Of a stretch of 64,000 nt of DNA, positions 62,799-64,000 are shown piece after piece. The DNA is from a bacterium. Lineage in GTDB: Bacteria; Hinthialibacterota; Hinthialibacteria; Hinthialibacterales; Hinthialibacteraceae. The stretch is from the NCBI GenBank assembly GCA_963662285.2, contig CAXXMV010000006.1, forward strand, positions 640,001 through 704,000, given 5' to 3'. Positions within the stretch are counted from its first letter, which is position 1; each line of letters opens with the position of its first letter. The position numbers were made by a program, and so were the translations under genes. The notes beneath the pieces are model-generated. The model saw only the letters and a list, made by a program, of their open reading frames with translations. It made no database searches and was not told where the DNA came from.

Positions 62799-64000
62799 AT
62801 GTCTGATTGGACGCCAATGCGCAGTTTTGCTCCCGATGTATTGGAAGCCAATCTACGTCTGCTTAGAGAGCATCATCCCGGTTTATTGGATAGACTCATT
62901 GCACTGATTGATGATGACAGCGTCCTACTACGAACTACAGAAGATGGTTATGCAGAATGCGCGGTTCTTGAAAATAATGAACTGTGCATTCTGATAAATA
63001 ACTCCGCCATTCAAAAATCGCTGCCGAATATTAGAAAATCGCTGCCGCCTAAATCCGCCCGATCAGAAGCCAGCCTGATCTTCGTTATGGGATGGGATTT
63101 AGGCTATGCATTCAAAATGATGTTCGATGAGTATCTGGATGGTTCATTATTAAAAGTCGCTGTTATTGTCGAACCCGATATCCGGCTCTTCGCCGCTTCA
63201 CTGGCGGTGCATTCATTTCAAAAAGAACTCGCATCAGACAACATCTTCTTTGCTATTGGCGCCAACTGGGCTGATGACTTACACTGTCTCGCCCAAGATG
63301 AACACCTGTTTTCCATCTCGCGCATCGAGGCTTTTTCTTCCTGCCCATCGGCAACTGTATATAATCCTCCCCTACAGATTCAGGTTCGGCGTATCGCGCA
63401 ACAGGCATTAGCCAGCGCTCAAAAGAAATTCGAAAATGATTTAACTCAAACCCAACATTATTACAATAACAAACCGCCCGAAGATATCAAAAAACTGTTA
63501 GCTATTGATTTCACCGGCGGCATGGCGGTCTATTATATCTACAAGCGCTTCCTGGATGAATGCGCCGCACAGGGAACCGAAGTGGTTTACCACAAACCAT
63601 CAGCCATCGGCGGCATCAGCCTGATCCAGGCTATTATCAAAGATAAGCCCGACGCCCTGGTATTCGTAAATCTCGCGCCGGAAATTTATGCGCCATTGGT
63701 TATATTGAATAAGTTGCGCTTGCCGCGCATGGTATGGTTTCTTGACGACCCGCATAATTTCATTGAAGAAGAAATCCGCTTTGGTCAGCATGATTTTATT
63801 TTCAGCTGGGATGATTCATACCAACAGTTCTTTCGTGCGCACAACGCCCAATCGGTGGATCATTTTCCTTACGTCGCCGACCTGGATAAAGCAACTGCGG
63901 TTGAACGCGCTGAATTTAAGTCACCCATTAGTTATATCGGCCAAGTGGGAAAACTCGTTCCAAAGTATCACAATCTGGATTCAACTACCGCTAAACTTGT
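62799..64000 (+). CDS. Maf-like N-terminal domain plus CgeB-like glycosyltransferase (3' partial)
   Basis: Own translation from ATG 62799: LEANLRLL, LIFVMGWDLGY, VIVEPDIRLF, VWFLDDP, IFSWD, ISYIG; runs off the window. Confidence 0.7.
   Translation, partial: MSDWTPMRSFAPDVLEANLRLLREHHPGLLDRLIALIDDDSVLLRTTEDGYAECAVLENNELCILINNSAIQKSLPNIRKSLPPKSARSEASLIFVMGWDLGYAFKMMFDEYLDGSLLKVAVIVEPDIRLFAASLAVHSFQKELASDNIFFAIGANWADDLHCLAQDEHLFSISRIEAFSSCPSATVYNPPLQIQVRRIAQQALASAQKKFENDLTQTQHYYNNKPPEDIKKLLAIDFTGGMAVYYIYKRFLDECAAQGTEVVYHKPSAIGGISLIQAIIKDKPDALVFVNLAPEIYAPLVILNKLRLPRMVWFLDDPHNFIEEEIRFGQHDFIFSWDDSYQQFFRAHNAQSVDHFPYVADLDKATAVERAEFKSPISYIGQVGKLVPKYHNLDSTTAKL

Overview
Bacterial chromosomal window of housekeeping, carbohydrate and signalling genes: rlmN, cysE, galU, a DnaD-like/DnaC-like pair, GH2, sulfatase, beta-carbonic anhydrase, ResB-CcsA, several two-component proteins and two prepilins. 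Gene style suggests a PVC-like or candidate-phylum genome (inference only). The intergenic DNA holds one IS5-family element, three IS481-family elements (two near-identical, one from a second family), IS66 and RAYT-like remnants, and at least three families of short palindromic repeats. The main observation is that both IS481 families carry, downstream of the transposase, the same ~160-200 nt structured non-coding motif with compensatory base changes. It is sense to the transposase in one family and antisense in the other. All three IS481 copies also sit inside the same class of hairpin-plus-G-tract repeat. Many genes beyond 34 kb have single-base frameshifts, mostly in homopolymers, probably long-read errors. 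No CRISPR array, rRNA or tRNA was seen.
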